Assembly (NCBI GenBank): GCA_963777645.1
Contig: CAVZRA010000007.1
Location: forward strand, 11,580-75,579
From: an uncultured bacterium
GTDB lineage: Bacteria; Actinomycetota; Acidimicrobiia; Spongiisociales; UBA5794
Direction: 5' to 3'
Length of the DNA stretch: 64,000 nt
Part shown: positions 17,087 through 24,822 of the stretch, one piece after another
Position numbering within the stretch: position 1 is the first letter of the stretch
How the letters are laid out: each line of letters begins with the position of its first letter
Notes under the pieces: generated by a model
Database searches by the model: none
What the model saw: only the letters and a program-made list of their open reading frames with translations
What the model was told of the DNA's origin: nothing
Program-made: the position numbers and the translations under genes

Positions 17087-17509
17087 ATGGTGAACGCAAC
17101 GGACCGCGTGGGATACGTCTTGAAACGGGCGCAATACGCTTTACGGCGGAGAATGGATGAAGCCCTGGCCGTGGTCGGTTTGACCACACCGCAATACGCA
17201 GTGCTGGCAGCGCTCGAAGAAGAGGCCGGTCTGTCCAATGCCGAGTTGGCGAGGAGATCGTTCGTTACGCCTCAGTCGATGATCAGGGTTGTCGCCGGGC
17301 TCGAGCAGCGTCAACTCATCACAAGGCACCGACATGAGGGGAACGCCCGGGTACTCGACGCCGACCTGACCCGCCGTGGTAGGGCCGTGGTATCGCAAGC
17401 ACACACGATTGTCGCCGAGATCGAATCTACCATGCTGGCTGACGTTGATCCCGGCGACATCACGACCGCTACGAGGGCTTTGGCTGTGATGGCCGCAAAC
17501 CTCGAGTAG
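17087..17509 (+). CDS. MarR family transcriptional regulator (probably leaderless mRNA)
   Basis: MVNATDRVGYVLKRAQYALRRRMDEALAVVGLTTPQYAVLAAL...LSNAELARRSFVTPQSMIRVVAGLEQRQLITR is a winged HTH. No SD is present; a -10-like TATACT lies 6 nt upstream of the ATG. Confidence 0.85.
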   Translation: MVNATDRVGYVLKRAQYALRRRMDEALAVVGLTTPQYAVLAALEEEAGLSNAELARRSFVTPQSMIRVVAGLEQRQLITRHRHEGNARVLDADLTRRGRAVVSQAHTIVAEIESTMLADVDPGDITTATRALAVMAANLE

Positions 17510-18118
17510 CTACTGCTCCATGGACGGGTTCCATACCTCCCATACCTTGCCGACCAGATCGGGCCCCGGCTTGAGCGTCAACTGACCGGGCTCCCACCCG
17601 GCAGGTGTGGCTTCTGCTCCACCCGTTTCACGAACCAGCTGGAAAGCGCTTATCTGGCGGATGGTCTCGGCGAGTTTGCGTCCGACCGGCGGCGTGAGCA
17701 CTTCCATGCCCTGGATCACTCCGTCGGGATCGATGATGAACCTGCCGCGTAGCTCGATGCCCTGGTTCTCGTCCCACACGCCGTAGGCACGGCCGATGTT
17801 GCCCGCCTGATCTGAAGCCATCGGGAACGGCACACCACCGTCGACCATCTTGGTCAATTCGTAGTCGTTCCACATCTTGTGAACGAAGTGGCTGTCGACA
17901 CTCACCGAGATGACATCGACACCGAGGTCTTGGAGCTCTTGATACTTGTCGGCGACCGCCGACACTTCTGTCGCTCAGACGAAGGTGAAGTCACCCGGAT
18001 AGAAACACAGCAACACCCACTTGCCGACGTGATCCGACAGCGATACGGAGGTGAAGCCACCATTGTGATAGGCGGGGGCCGTGAAATCGGGCGCCTTCTG
18101 CCCTACGGTCGCAGTCAC
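17510..18118 (-). CDS. peroxiredoxin (AhpC/Prx1 type) with in-frame TGA (17975-17977) at the peroxidatic Cys position; candidate selenoprotein
   Basis: ORFs 17975..18247 and 17510..17965 share one frame and are separated only by TGA. Read-through gives KAPDF...[15 protein letters not shown][U][14 protein letters not shown]...[20 protein letters not shown] lies 5 nt upstream of the GTG at 18118. An alternative ATG is at 18217. Confidence 0.75.
17947..17964 (-). promoter_or_regulatory. bacterial SECIS-like hairpin downstream of the in-frame UGA
   Basis: In mRNA sense: UGA-N10-ugucggc[GGUC]gccgaca. This is a 7-bp GC-rich stem with a GGUC tetraloop occupying nt 21-24 counted from the U of UGA. 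Confidence 0.55.
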
Positions 18119-18299
18119 TCGGACCTCCTTCAGGGGCTCAGCGGACTGTTCATTCGACGGTTTCGGATCTTCCCCGACGATCCCGGTGACCCGGGCACAT
18201 CCGAGTTGATCTGCCATTGTTCGTCTCCCATTCTCGGGACCGTCCAAGCTTAACTCACACCTTGCTGCTGCAAGATTCGACCCCGTCTAGCCTTGCCGC

Positions 18300-19514
18300 A
18301 TGAAGCAGGCATTCACCAACACCATCATTTGGACAGGGACCGGGCCCGAGATTCGGCAGGGAACGCTGGTCGTGGACTCGGGCAAGATCGTGGCCGTTGG
18401 CACTGATGTCGACACAGCCGGGGCGACTGTCGTCGACTGTGCCGGTGCCTATGTCCTCCCCGGCTTCGTCGACCCCCATACCCACACCGGGGTATGGGGT
18501 GAGGGAGCCCGTGACGACTACGACGGCAACGAAATCTCTGAAGCCATCACCCCATATACGAGGGCACTCGACGCCATCTACCCCGAGGACATCGGGTTCG
18601 ACGATGCCCGTAGAGGGGGAGTGACGACCCTCGGTATCTCCCACGGTTCGGCGAACCCGATCGGTGGGCAGGTCTCGGTGGTGAAGAGCTACGGCCTCGT
18701 TGCAGACGACATGGTCATCAAAGAGCCGGCCGGGGTGAAGATGGCGCTCGGTGAGAACCCAAAACGTGTCGGCGAGCATTACAAACGCGCTCCGAGCTCG
18801 AGGATGGGAGTGGCTTACCTGGCCAGGAAGGCTTTCTACGAAGCGATCGAATACCGCAAGGACTGGGAGCATCATCAGGCCCTGGTCGCTGCCGAGAACC
18901 TCAAGGATGAGGCGGAACGCCGGCCGCTTCGGGAGCCGAAGCTCGATCTCGGCAAGGAGATGCTGCTGAAGGTGCTGGACCGCGAGATACCGGTGCGCAA
19001 CCATGCCCACAGGATGGACGACATCCGCACCGCCATCCGGCTCGCAGACGAGTTCGGGTACCGCCTGGTCATCGAGCACGCCACGGAGGCGTACCGGATC
19101 GCAGATGAGATCGCTTCCCGGGACGTGATGCTGGCGATCGGCCCGCTCTTCGGCGACCGGTCGAAGCGTGAAGTGAACAGGGCGACACCCGCAAGCGTCG
19201 GGATCATGGTCGAGCATGGGTGCACGGTGGCGATCATGACCGACTCACCGTTCAACCCGATCCACAATCTCAGGGATCTGGCCATCTTCGCCATCCGGGA
19301 GGGTCTCGATCCGAGTCGAGCCCTGGAGACGATCACGATCAACGGAGCACGCATTCTCGGTGTCGACGACCGTGTCGGCACGCTCGAGCCGGGGAAGGAC
19401 GCCGACTTCGTGATCATCGACGGCGATCCCTGGGACGCACGCAACAAGGTGCAAGCGACGTATATAGATGGGCAGCGGGTGTTCGAGGCAACCGGGCCGT
19501 ACCTGCCGGATTGA
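18300..19514 (+). CDS. amidohydrolase-superfamily metallo-hydrolase
   Basis: YVLPGFVDPHTHTG metal-binding HxH motif. C-terminal GTLEPGKDADFVIIDGDP motif typical of the family. Confidence 0.85.
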   Translation: MKQAFTNTIIWTGTGPEIRQGTLVVDSGKIVAVGTDVDTAGATVVDCAGAYVLPGFVDPHTHTGVWGEGARDDYDGNEISEAITPYTRALDAIYPEDIGFDDARRGGVTTLGISHGSANPIGGQVSVVKSYGLVADDMVIKEPAGVKMALGENPKRVGEHYKRAPSSRMGVAYLARKAFYEAIEYRKDWEHHQALVAAENLKDEAERRPLREPKLDLGKEMLLKVLDREIPVRNHAHRMDDIRTAIRLADEFGYRLVIEHATEAYRIADEIASRDVMLAIGPLFGDRSKREVNRATPASVGIMVEHGCTVAIMTDSPFNPIHNLRDLAIFAIREGLDPSRALETITINGARILGVDDRVGTLEPGKDADFVIIDGDPWDARNKVQATYIDGQRVFEATGPYLPD

Positions 19515-19534
19515 GCCACCGATACAATCAATCG

Positions 19535-20413
19535 ATGGATTTTCGACTGCTCTCCGATCCCGTGGAGTTCCGTGCTCAAACCCGCGGCCTGCTGGCCGAC
19601 GAGGCGAAGAACAACCTGATGCTCGGGATCCTCAGCACTGTCATCAACGACCCGGGCGCTTACGAGGCGTGCCGGACGATGGTGGTGAGCAACGGCGGCG
19701 ATGTTGTTGCCGGTGCGTTGATCACGACGCCACCTGAGAATCTGATAGTGGCTGCCGCCGCGCCCGGTCCGGCGTTGGACACCCTGGCCGAAGGGGTGCT
19801 CGATTCGGATGTCGTCGTACCTCGGGCCATCGGGGTCAGACCGGTTGTCGACTACTTCGTCGGCAGCTGGGAGCGACGCACAGGTGTGGTTGGCCGTCTG
19901 ACCATGACCCAGGGGGTCTACGCGCTCAAGTCAGTGATACGACCAGCGGTTGTCCCGGGGCGTATCCGGCGGGCAGGCACGGGCGACCTCGACGTCGTGC
20001 TGGCATGGGCGGTTGCGTTCGCTGCCGAAGCGCTCCCCAACGACCCCAGGGATGATGCTCGCCTCGAGCGTGTCTTGAGGCAAAGGCTTCGCGGCGATGG
20101 CGACGCCGGGATCTGGCTGTGGGAAGTGGACGGAGAGGCCGTGGCCATGAGCGCTCACAGCGGCCCGACCGGATCGGGGATCAGGATCAATGCCGTTTAT
20201 ACGCCTCCGTCGAATCGCAGCAACGGCTATGCCACGGCGCTCGTGGCGGCTCAGTCGCAGGAGCTCCTCGACAGCGGATATCAGTTCTGCTTCCTGTTCA
20301 CCGATCTGGCCAACCCAACCTCAAACAGGATCTACGAATCGATCGGCTACGAGCGGGTCGCCGAAGCTGCGGTCTTCGAATTCGAAGCAGTCCGAGATCG
20401 CGCTGCTGTCTGA
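19535..20413 (+). CDS. GNAT-fold acetyltransferase-like protein
   Basis: Start trimmed to MDFRLLSDPVEF (in frame with ORF 19220). C-terminal GNAT core NGYATALVAAQSQELLDSGYQFCFLFTDLANPTSNRIYESIGY. Confidence 0.6.
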   Translation: MDFRLLSDPVEFRAQTRGLLADEAKNNLMLGILSTVINDPGAYEACRTMVVSNGGDVVAGALITTPPENLIVAAAAPGPALDTLAEGVLDSDVVVPRAIGVRPVVDYFVGSWERRTGVVGRLTMTQGVYALKSVIRPAVVPGRIRRAGTGDLDVVLAWAVAFAAEALPNDPRDDARLERVLRQRLRGDGDAGIWLWEVDGEAVAMSAHSGPTGSGIRINAVYTPPSNRSNGYATALVAAQSQELLDSGYQFCFLFTDLANPTSNRIYESIGYERVAEAAVFEFEAVRDRAAV

Positions 20414-21316
20414 TCAGTCGAGCCACTTGATCCACAGATTGCGCTGGAACTGCCTTTCGAACCCAAGCGCGAGATAGAACGAGATGTCGGACCCCACCCA
20501 TGCCACCTCGGCTCCTGCGGCCTGCACCCGGCGCAGGGATTCGTACACGCAGGCACGGGCGAGACCGATCTTGCGATAGTCGGGATCGGTAGCGACGGGC
20601 TCGACATAGGCGTAGCCGTTCTCGGGTACGTACCAGATGCCGGCGTACGACACGTATGAGCCGTCAGGTGCCACTGCGACGATGGTGTGCTCGGGGCGGA
20701 AGTTGGGCGCTGACTGGGCGACCGGCTCCTTGTTGAGATCCTCGTCGGGGATCTCGCCCTCGTGATTGAATCCACGCCACAGGCAGATGTTGATGTTCTG
20801 ATAGTCGTTGTCGTCGGCGAGGCTCTGAATCGTGAAACCGGGCGGAACCGGTGAATCGCCAACGGGCCCGGTCAGATCGAGCTTCGAGTACCCGTTGTGA
20901 TGCTCTTGGTGGCGTTCGTAGCCGAACGAGGCTGCCAGCCGCTCGAGCTCGGTGTCGAAGTCGCTGATGAGCAGCCCGATGATCTTGCGCTGGAGCATGA
21001 TGGAAGGTCCACCGAAGTGCTCGTCGGCGTGGGCGAACATCGCAGGGAGGATGTGGTCGTAGCCGGGGGCTCGCTGGAAGTAGGCGAAGGTGAGGCCATC
21101 CTCGAGATTGGCGATGCCGACTACCTTGCCTTGATCCTCGAACACCAACATCTCTTCGAGAGGAACCCTGGCGATGTAGGGATGATGATGCATGTACTCC
21201 CAGCGCGGCTGCATCCAGTTGACGAATCGGTCACGGTGCTCCCAGGTGTCCAGGAAGAACCGGTTCACCGACTCGTAGTCACGGGAGCGATCGTAGGGGT
21301 GCACCGTCACTGTCAT
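20414..21316 (-). CDS. GNAT family N-acetyltransferase
   Basis: Start trimmed to MTVTVHPYD (GGAG 5 nt upstream). Motif VATDPDYRKIGLARACVYESLRRVQAAGAEVAWVGS. Its stop abuts the stop of the converging gene (TGATCA). Confidence 0.6.
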   Translation of the reverse strand: MTVTVHPYDRSRDYESVNRFFLDTWEHRDRFVNWMQPRWEYMHHHPYIARVPLEEMLVFEDQGKVVGIANLEDGLTFAYFQRAPGYDHILPAMFAHADEHFGGPSIMLQRKIIGLLISDFDTELERLAASFGYERHQEHHNGYSKLDLTGPVGDSPVPPGFTIQSLADDNDYQNINICLWRGFNHEGEIPDEDLNKEPVAQSAPNFRPEHTIVAVAPDGSYVSYAGIWYVPENGYAYVEPVATDPDYRKIGLARACVYESLRRVQAAGAEVAWVGSDISFYLALGFERQFQRNLWIKWLD

Positions 21317-21426
21317 TGCGGCTCCATGGAGAGGCATCGCATTTTCCCATGACCCGAGAGACCGCCAAATCCAATTGGGAGAGGGGGCGAGCACATGCTC
21401 GCCCCCTCGTTCCCGGATCGGTTTAC

Positions 21427-24057
21427 TCAGAACCAGTGATGCGATCTCCTGGTGCGGAACTCGGGCTCGGCAGTTGCCGATGCCGCGTTGCCTGATGCAT
21501 CGGTGCTGGTCACGGTCAGCACGAAGTCGCTGTCGTGGATGAACAGGACCGGGCCGATCTTGTAGGACCAGGCGCGTCCTCTCGTGGTCTTGATGAGGAA
21601 CACCCTTTGTCCATCACGGACACTGATCCCATTGATATCACCCGTGCAGCTAGGCGCCGGATCGGCGTTGTCGGTGCACGAATAATCCACCTTGAACAGA
21701 CCAGTCGTGTATCCGGCTGCGACCGTGACGAACCTCGCGGCCACGTCGGGCGCAGTCTCGTCTGGTGGAACCAGGTCGAGTCCGACAACGACCGGGTCGT
21801 GATCGGATGCGCGATACGGATCCGGCGCATACAGTGCGTCTTGAGCCGGCTCCTTGTAGGTCATGTCGTAGTCGATGAGGCTCGCCTCATCGGCATTGAT
21901 ATGCCATATCGTCATCCCGGTTACCCGTGGCAGTAGTGCCCCATTCGCCAGTCCGTAGTCCAGGTACCCCAGCTGTCCGTCGAACACATACGAATATGCG
22001 TACTCGCCGAGGTAGGCGTGAGCCAGATCGGTGTAGCCGGCGCCGACGAACGTCTCGATCGGATCTTCCTTGTCGTATGAGTTGAGGTCACCGATGATCA
22101 GTACCTGGTCGTCGAACCCGTTGGCCGGATCGGCCAGCCAATCCGCCAGGATCTGCGCCGACATGGTTCTGGTCAGGTTGCAGCTACCGGCTTCGGGATC
22201 ATCGTCGCCGTTGACGCCGTCGTCGCAGGTGGAGCCCTTCGACTTGAGATGGTTCACCACGACGGTGACCGATTCGCCGGTCGCGATCTCGGTGAAGGTC
22301 TGAGCAAGCGCCGGCCGGCTCTTGGCCTCACCGTAGTTCAGCGGGTCAAGGAATTCGGGAGAGTCAAGCACGGAGTATGCGCCATTCAACGTGACCGTTG
22401 CGGGCTTGTAGATGAGCGCCACCTTGATCTCGTCGGGCCCGATCACCCCAGTATCGACGTATGCGTATGTACCTGCGCCGTTGGCTTCGTTGAGCCCATC
22501 GACCAGATTGGCAATCGCCGCGGTGTTGTTTTCGATTTCCATCAACCCAACGATGTCGGCATCGATGGCGGAGATGGCGGCGACGATCTTGGCCCGCTGG
22601 CGGTCGAACTCCTCCTGGTCGTCGGCGCCGCGGCTACCGAACGTTGTGAAGTAGTTCAACACGTTGAAGCTGGCGACTCGAAGACTGCCACCGACCGGAT
22701 CCGGGCTCGACGTGCGCGGATTGACCGCGGCATAGTCGGCACCCTGAGTGGGCTGGATGCGGTACAGATCGAAGCTGTAGTTGACTACACCTGTGACATT
22801 GGAGACCTGATCTCCGCCCCGGAAGTAGTTGTCGAGCGTGAACTCGAAGCCGTTCGGGTGAATGGCGGGGTCCGGGTTCTGCGACGTCCGGTTGTCGTCG
22901 AGCGTGATCCTCCCGAGCGCATTGGAAGTTGCCAACGCGGCTGCTTCCGGTGAGCCGGGGTCGTAGACCGCAGTCGGTTGGTACTGACGCCCGGCCGATA
23001 GCACGATCTCCCCGTACCTGGCGAAGTTGTAGTACTCCGAGATGGTGAGCGGCTGGGGGATGGTCACCAGCATGCCCTCGTAGTGCTCGGGCTCGTCAAG
23101 CGACGCCCACGGCAACGTGACCTCGGTGGCTACCACCGGGGCGGTACCGACTACGGCGACAGAGGTGATGCTGGTCAGTTCGGTCATGTCGTGGTACTCG
23201 TCGACGACGCCCTCGACCTGGACTACGTCACCAACGTTGACATCGACGGTATTGCCGCCCTCGTAGACGTAGATTCCGTCTGAGGTGGTCACATCACCGT
23301 CGCCAACGACGTCCTGCATGAACCAACCGTTGAGATCGCCGTCTTGCTGATCGGAGGTGACGACACCCTCGATGGTCACCGTTTGACCGTCATACGGGCT
23401 CGCCGATCCGCTGCCTTGAACCTCGTAGATGGGGGTCAGGTCGCCCGGTGGTTGTGGTGGCGGCGGTGTGCCGGTGTTGAGCACCCCCGGGCTGGCCGCT
23501 GCCGGTCCGGTCCAGATGCCGTCGATCAGTTGCAGTGACTGGCCAATGGCGGTGGTTGAGCCTTCCGTGACGCCAACGTCGACGCTGGTCATGCCGTTGG
23601 CGGGACCATCCGTTGCCGTGAACGTGCCTTCGTAGGAGAGGAACTCAACAACCTCGCCCAGTGGATTGACCAGGGCGAACCCGTCCGGGCTGCCATTTTG
23701 TAGCCCCGTGGCGGCGAAGCTGAGCGCGCCCTCCGTGCCGTTCTCGTTATCGATGGTTCCGCTCAGGTCAAAGTTGTCGTATGCCGTGCCACCGTTGCCG
23801 TTATAGAGCACCAGCGACCACCCGGTGAGGTCGGTGCCTGCCGGTCCGGTGACCTCGACGAACTCGCCTACGTCGGTGCTGGCGTTGTCGTAATGGAACT
23901 CGCTGATATACACATCCGCCGGTGGTGGGGGTGGTGGCGGTGGGGGTGTGCTGGTGTTGAGTGCACCAGGGCTGGCCGCTGCCGGTCCGGTCCAGACGCC
24001 GTCGATCAGTTGCAGTGACTGGCCGATCGAGTGTGTCCGAGGGTTCGGAGACGTCAA
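21427..24057 (-). CDS. ExeM/NucH-type extracellular nuclease (lamin-tail domain + endonuclease/exonuclease/phosphatase domain); intact part of a 5'-disrupted gene
   Basis: LTD module ADVYISEFHYDNASTDVGEFVEVTGPAGTDLTGWSLVLYNGNGG... EEP-domain motifs LRVASFNVLNYF, DADIVGLMEIEN and SDHDPVVVGL. The first codon at 24057 is only a TTG picked by the ORF caller, with no signal peptide in this frame. Confidence 0.75.
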   Translation of the reverse strand: MTSPNPRTHSIGQSLQLIDGVWTGPAAASPGALNTSTPPPPPPPPPADVYISEFHYDNASTDVGEFVEVTGPAGTDLTGWSLVLYNGNGGTAYDNFDLSGTIDNENGTEGALSFAATGLQNGSPDGFALVNPLGEVVEFLSYEGTFTATDGPANGMTSVDVGVTEGSTTAIGQSLQLIDGIWTGPAAASPGVLNTGTPPPPQPPGDLTPIYEVQGSGSASPYDGQTVTIEGVVTSDQQDGDLNGWFMQDVVGDGDVTTSDGIYVYEGGNTVDVNVGDVVQVEGVVDEYHDMTELTSITSVAVVGTAPVVATEVTLPWASLDEPEHYEGMLVTIPQPLTISEYYNFARYGEIVLSAGRQYQPTAVYDPGSPEAAALATSNALGRITLDDNRTSQNPDPAIHPNGFEFTLDNYFRGGDQVSNVTGVVNYSFDLYRIQPTQGADYAAVNPRTSSPDPVGGSLRVASFNVLNYFTTFGSRGADDQEEFDRQRAKIVAAISAIDADIVGLMEIENNTAAIANLVDGLNEANGAGTYAYVDTGVIGPDEIKVALIYKPATVTLNGAYSVLDSPEFLDPLNYGEAKSRPALAQTFTEIATGESVTVVVNHLKSKGSTCDDGVNGDDDPEAGSCNLTRTMSAQILADWLADPANGFDDQVLIIGDLNSYDKEDPIETFVGAGYTDLAHAYLGEYAYSYVFDGQLGYLDYGLANGALLPRVTGMTIWHINADEASLIDYDMTYKEPAQDALYAPDPYRASDHDPVVVGLDLVPPDETAPDVAARFVTVAAGYTTGLFKVDYSCTDNADPAPSCTGDINGISVRDGQRVFLIKTTRGRAWSYKIGPVLFIHDSDFVLTVTSTDASGNAASATAEPEFRTRRSHHWF

Positions 24058-24400
24058 CGTCGACGCTTGTCATGCCGTTGGCGGGACCTTCCGTTGCCGT
24101 GAACGTGCCTTCGTAGGAGAGGAACTCAACTAGAGCGCCGGTGTCGTCAACGAGCGCGATGCCGTCCGGGCTACCGTTCTGGATCCCGGGAGTGGCGAAG
24201 GAGAGGGCGCCCGATGTGCCGTCCTCATCATCGATAGTGCCGCTCAGGTCAAAGTTGTCGTATGCCGTACCACCGTTGCCGTTATAGAGGACGAGTGGAC
24301 CATCCGGTGAGGTCGGTGCCTGCCGGTCCCGTGACCTCGACGAACTCGCCGACGTCGGTGCTGGCGTTGTCGTAGTGGAACTCACTGATGAACACATCGG
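23440..24400 (-). repeat. tandem direct duplication (~480 bp x 2) encoding the LTD module plus proline linker
   Basis: Long shared runs at a 480-482 bp offset. Examples: gctggccgctgccggtccggtccaga, gccgtcgatcagttgcagtgactggcc, gtgaacgtgccttcgtaggagaggaactcaac and gctcaggtcaaagttgtcgtatgccgt. Confidence 0.8.
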
Positions 24401-24507
24401 CTCGTCTGGGCTACTGCCGGGGCCAGGGCGCCGACGGGCAACAATGCCGCCAGCATCCCCAGTACCAGCAACAGACCCAATCTGTTTCGGGCACACGTCA
24501 AGAGCAT
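24058..24507 (-). pseudogene. frameshifted 5' segment of the nuclease gene (signal peptide + first LTD copy)
   Basis: GAGGAGG then ATG/TTG at 24507/24501, followed by signal peptide MLLTCARNRLGLLLVLGMLAALLPVGALAPAVAQ. The LTD sequence then continues across three reading frames: ADVFISEFHYDN...GWS | LVLYNGNGG...SEPSDT | SIGQSLQLIDG. Confidence 0.6.
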
Positions 24508-24822
24508 CCTCCTCGTTGAGAGATCGAGTGGCCAGAAACGCTGGAAGGGGATATGAGATGGTGCGAAATATGCATAGCTCAGCTGTAACAGCGCCGCTAC
24601 CTGCTTCCCCACGAATTCCCCTTCGTTCCAGCGTGAGAGGTGACATTAGTACGCGTCAGTGACGCTCCGCATCCGGGCCGGTGGGGTTTGGCGACTTCCC
24701 GGGAAGGTATCCAGCCCATAAAGCCTTGTGATACAAGGGTTTACGGAGATTGGCTGCTGCGTCGAGAACACAATGGCGCGACTAGGTGAATTCTTGTTGA
24801 ATTCTCTCAGTAGTTGCCAGGA

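Noticed and set aside
17975-17977. The TGA inside the peroxiredoxin as an ordinary nonsense mutation (pseudogene), or as Trp under an alternative genetic code
   Set aside because: Code 4 is excluded because TGA ends many clearly complete genes in this window, for example zwf, the OmpR regulator and pckA. A plain pseudogene is not excluded, but it is less likely. The stop sits exactly on the catalytic Cys codon, the rest of the gene is undamaged, and a SECIS-like hairpin follows at the right distance.
23921-23950. G-rich near-repeat (ggtggtgggggtggtggcggtggggg) as a G-quadruplex or slippage element
   Set aside because: On the coding strand it simply encodes the Pro9 linker between the two LTD modules and is in frame. 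No length heterogeneity can be judged from a single sequence.
24018-24405. Slipped-strand phase variation or programmed frameshifting as the cause of the three nuclease frameshifts
   Set aside because: None of the three insertion sites lies in a homopolymer, a short tandem repeat or a recognisable slippery heptamer with a downstream structure. Three consecutive programmed shifts would be unprecedented.
23801-24646. ORFs 23801..24646 (281 aa) and 24382..24612 (76 aa) as independent genes
   Set aside because: Their translations are, respectively, the middle of an LTD module flanked by out-of-frame low-complexity sequence, and a signal peptide followed by a stop. Together with the third frame they reconstitute the 5' part of the nuclease gene, so they are frames of one disrupted gene.
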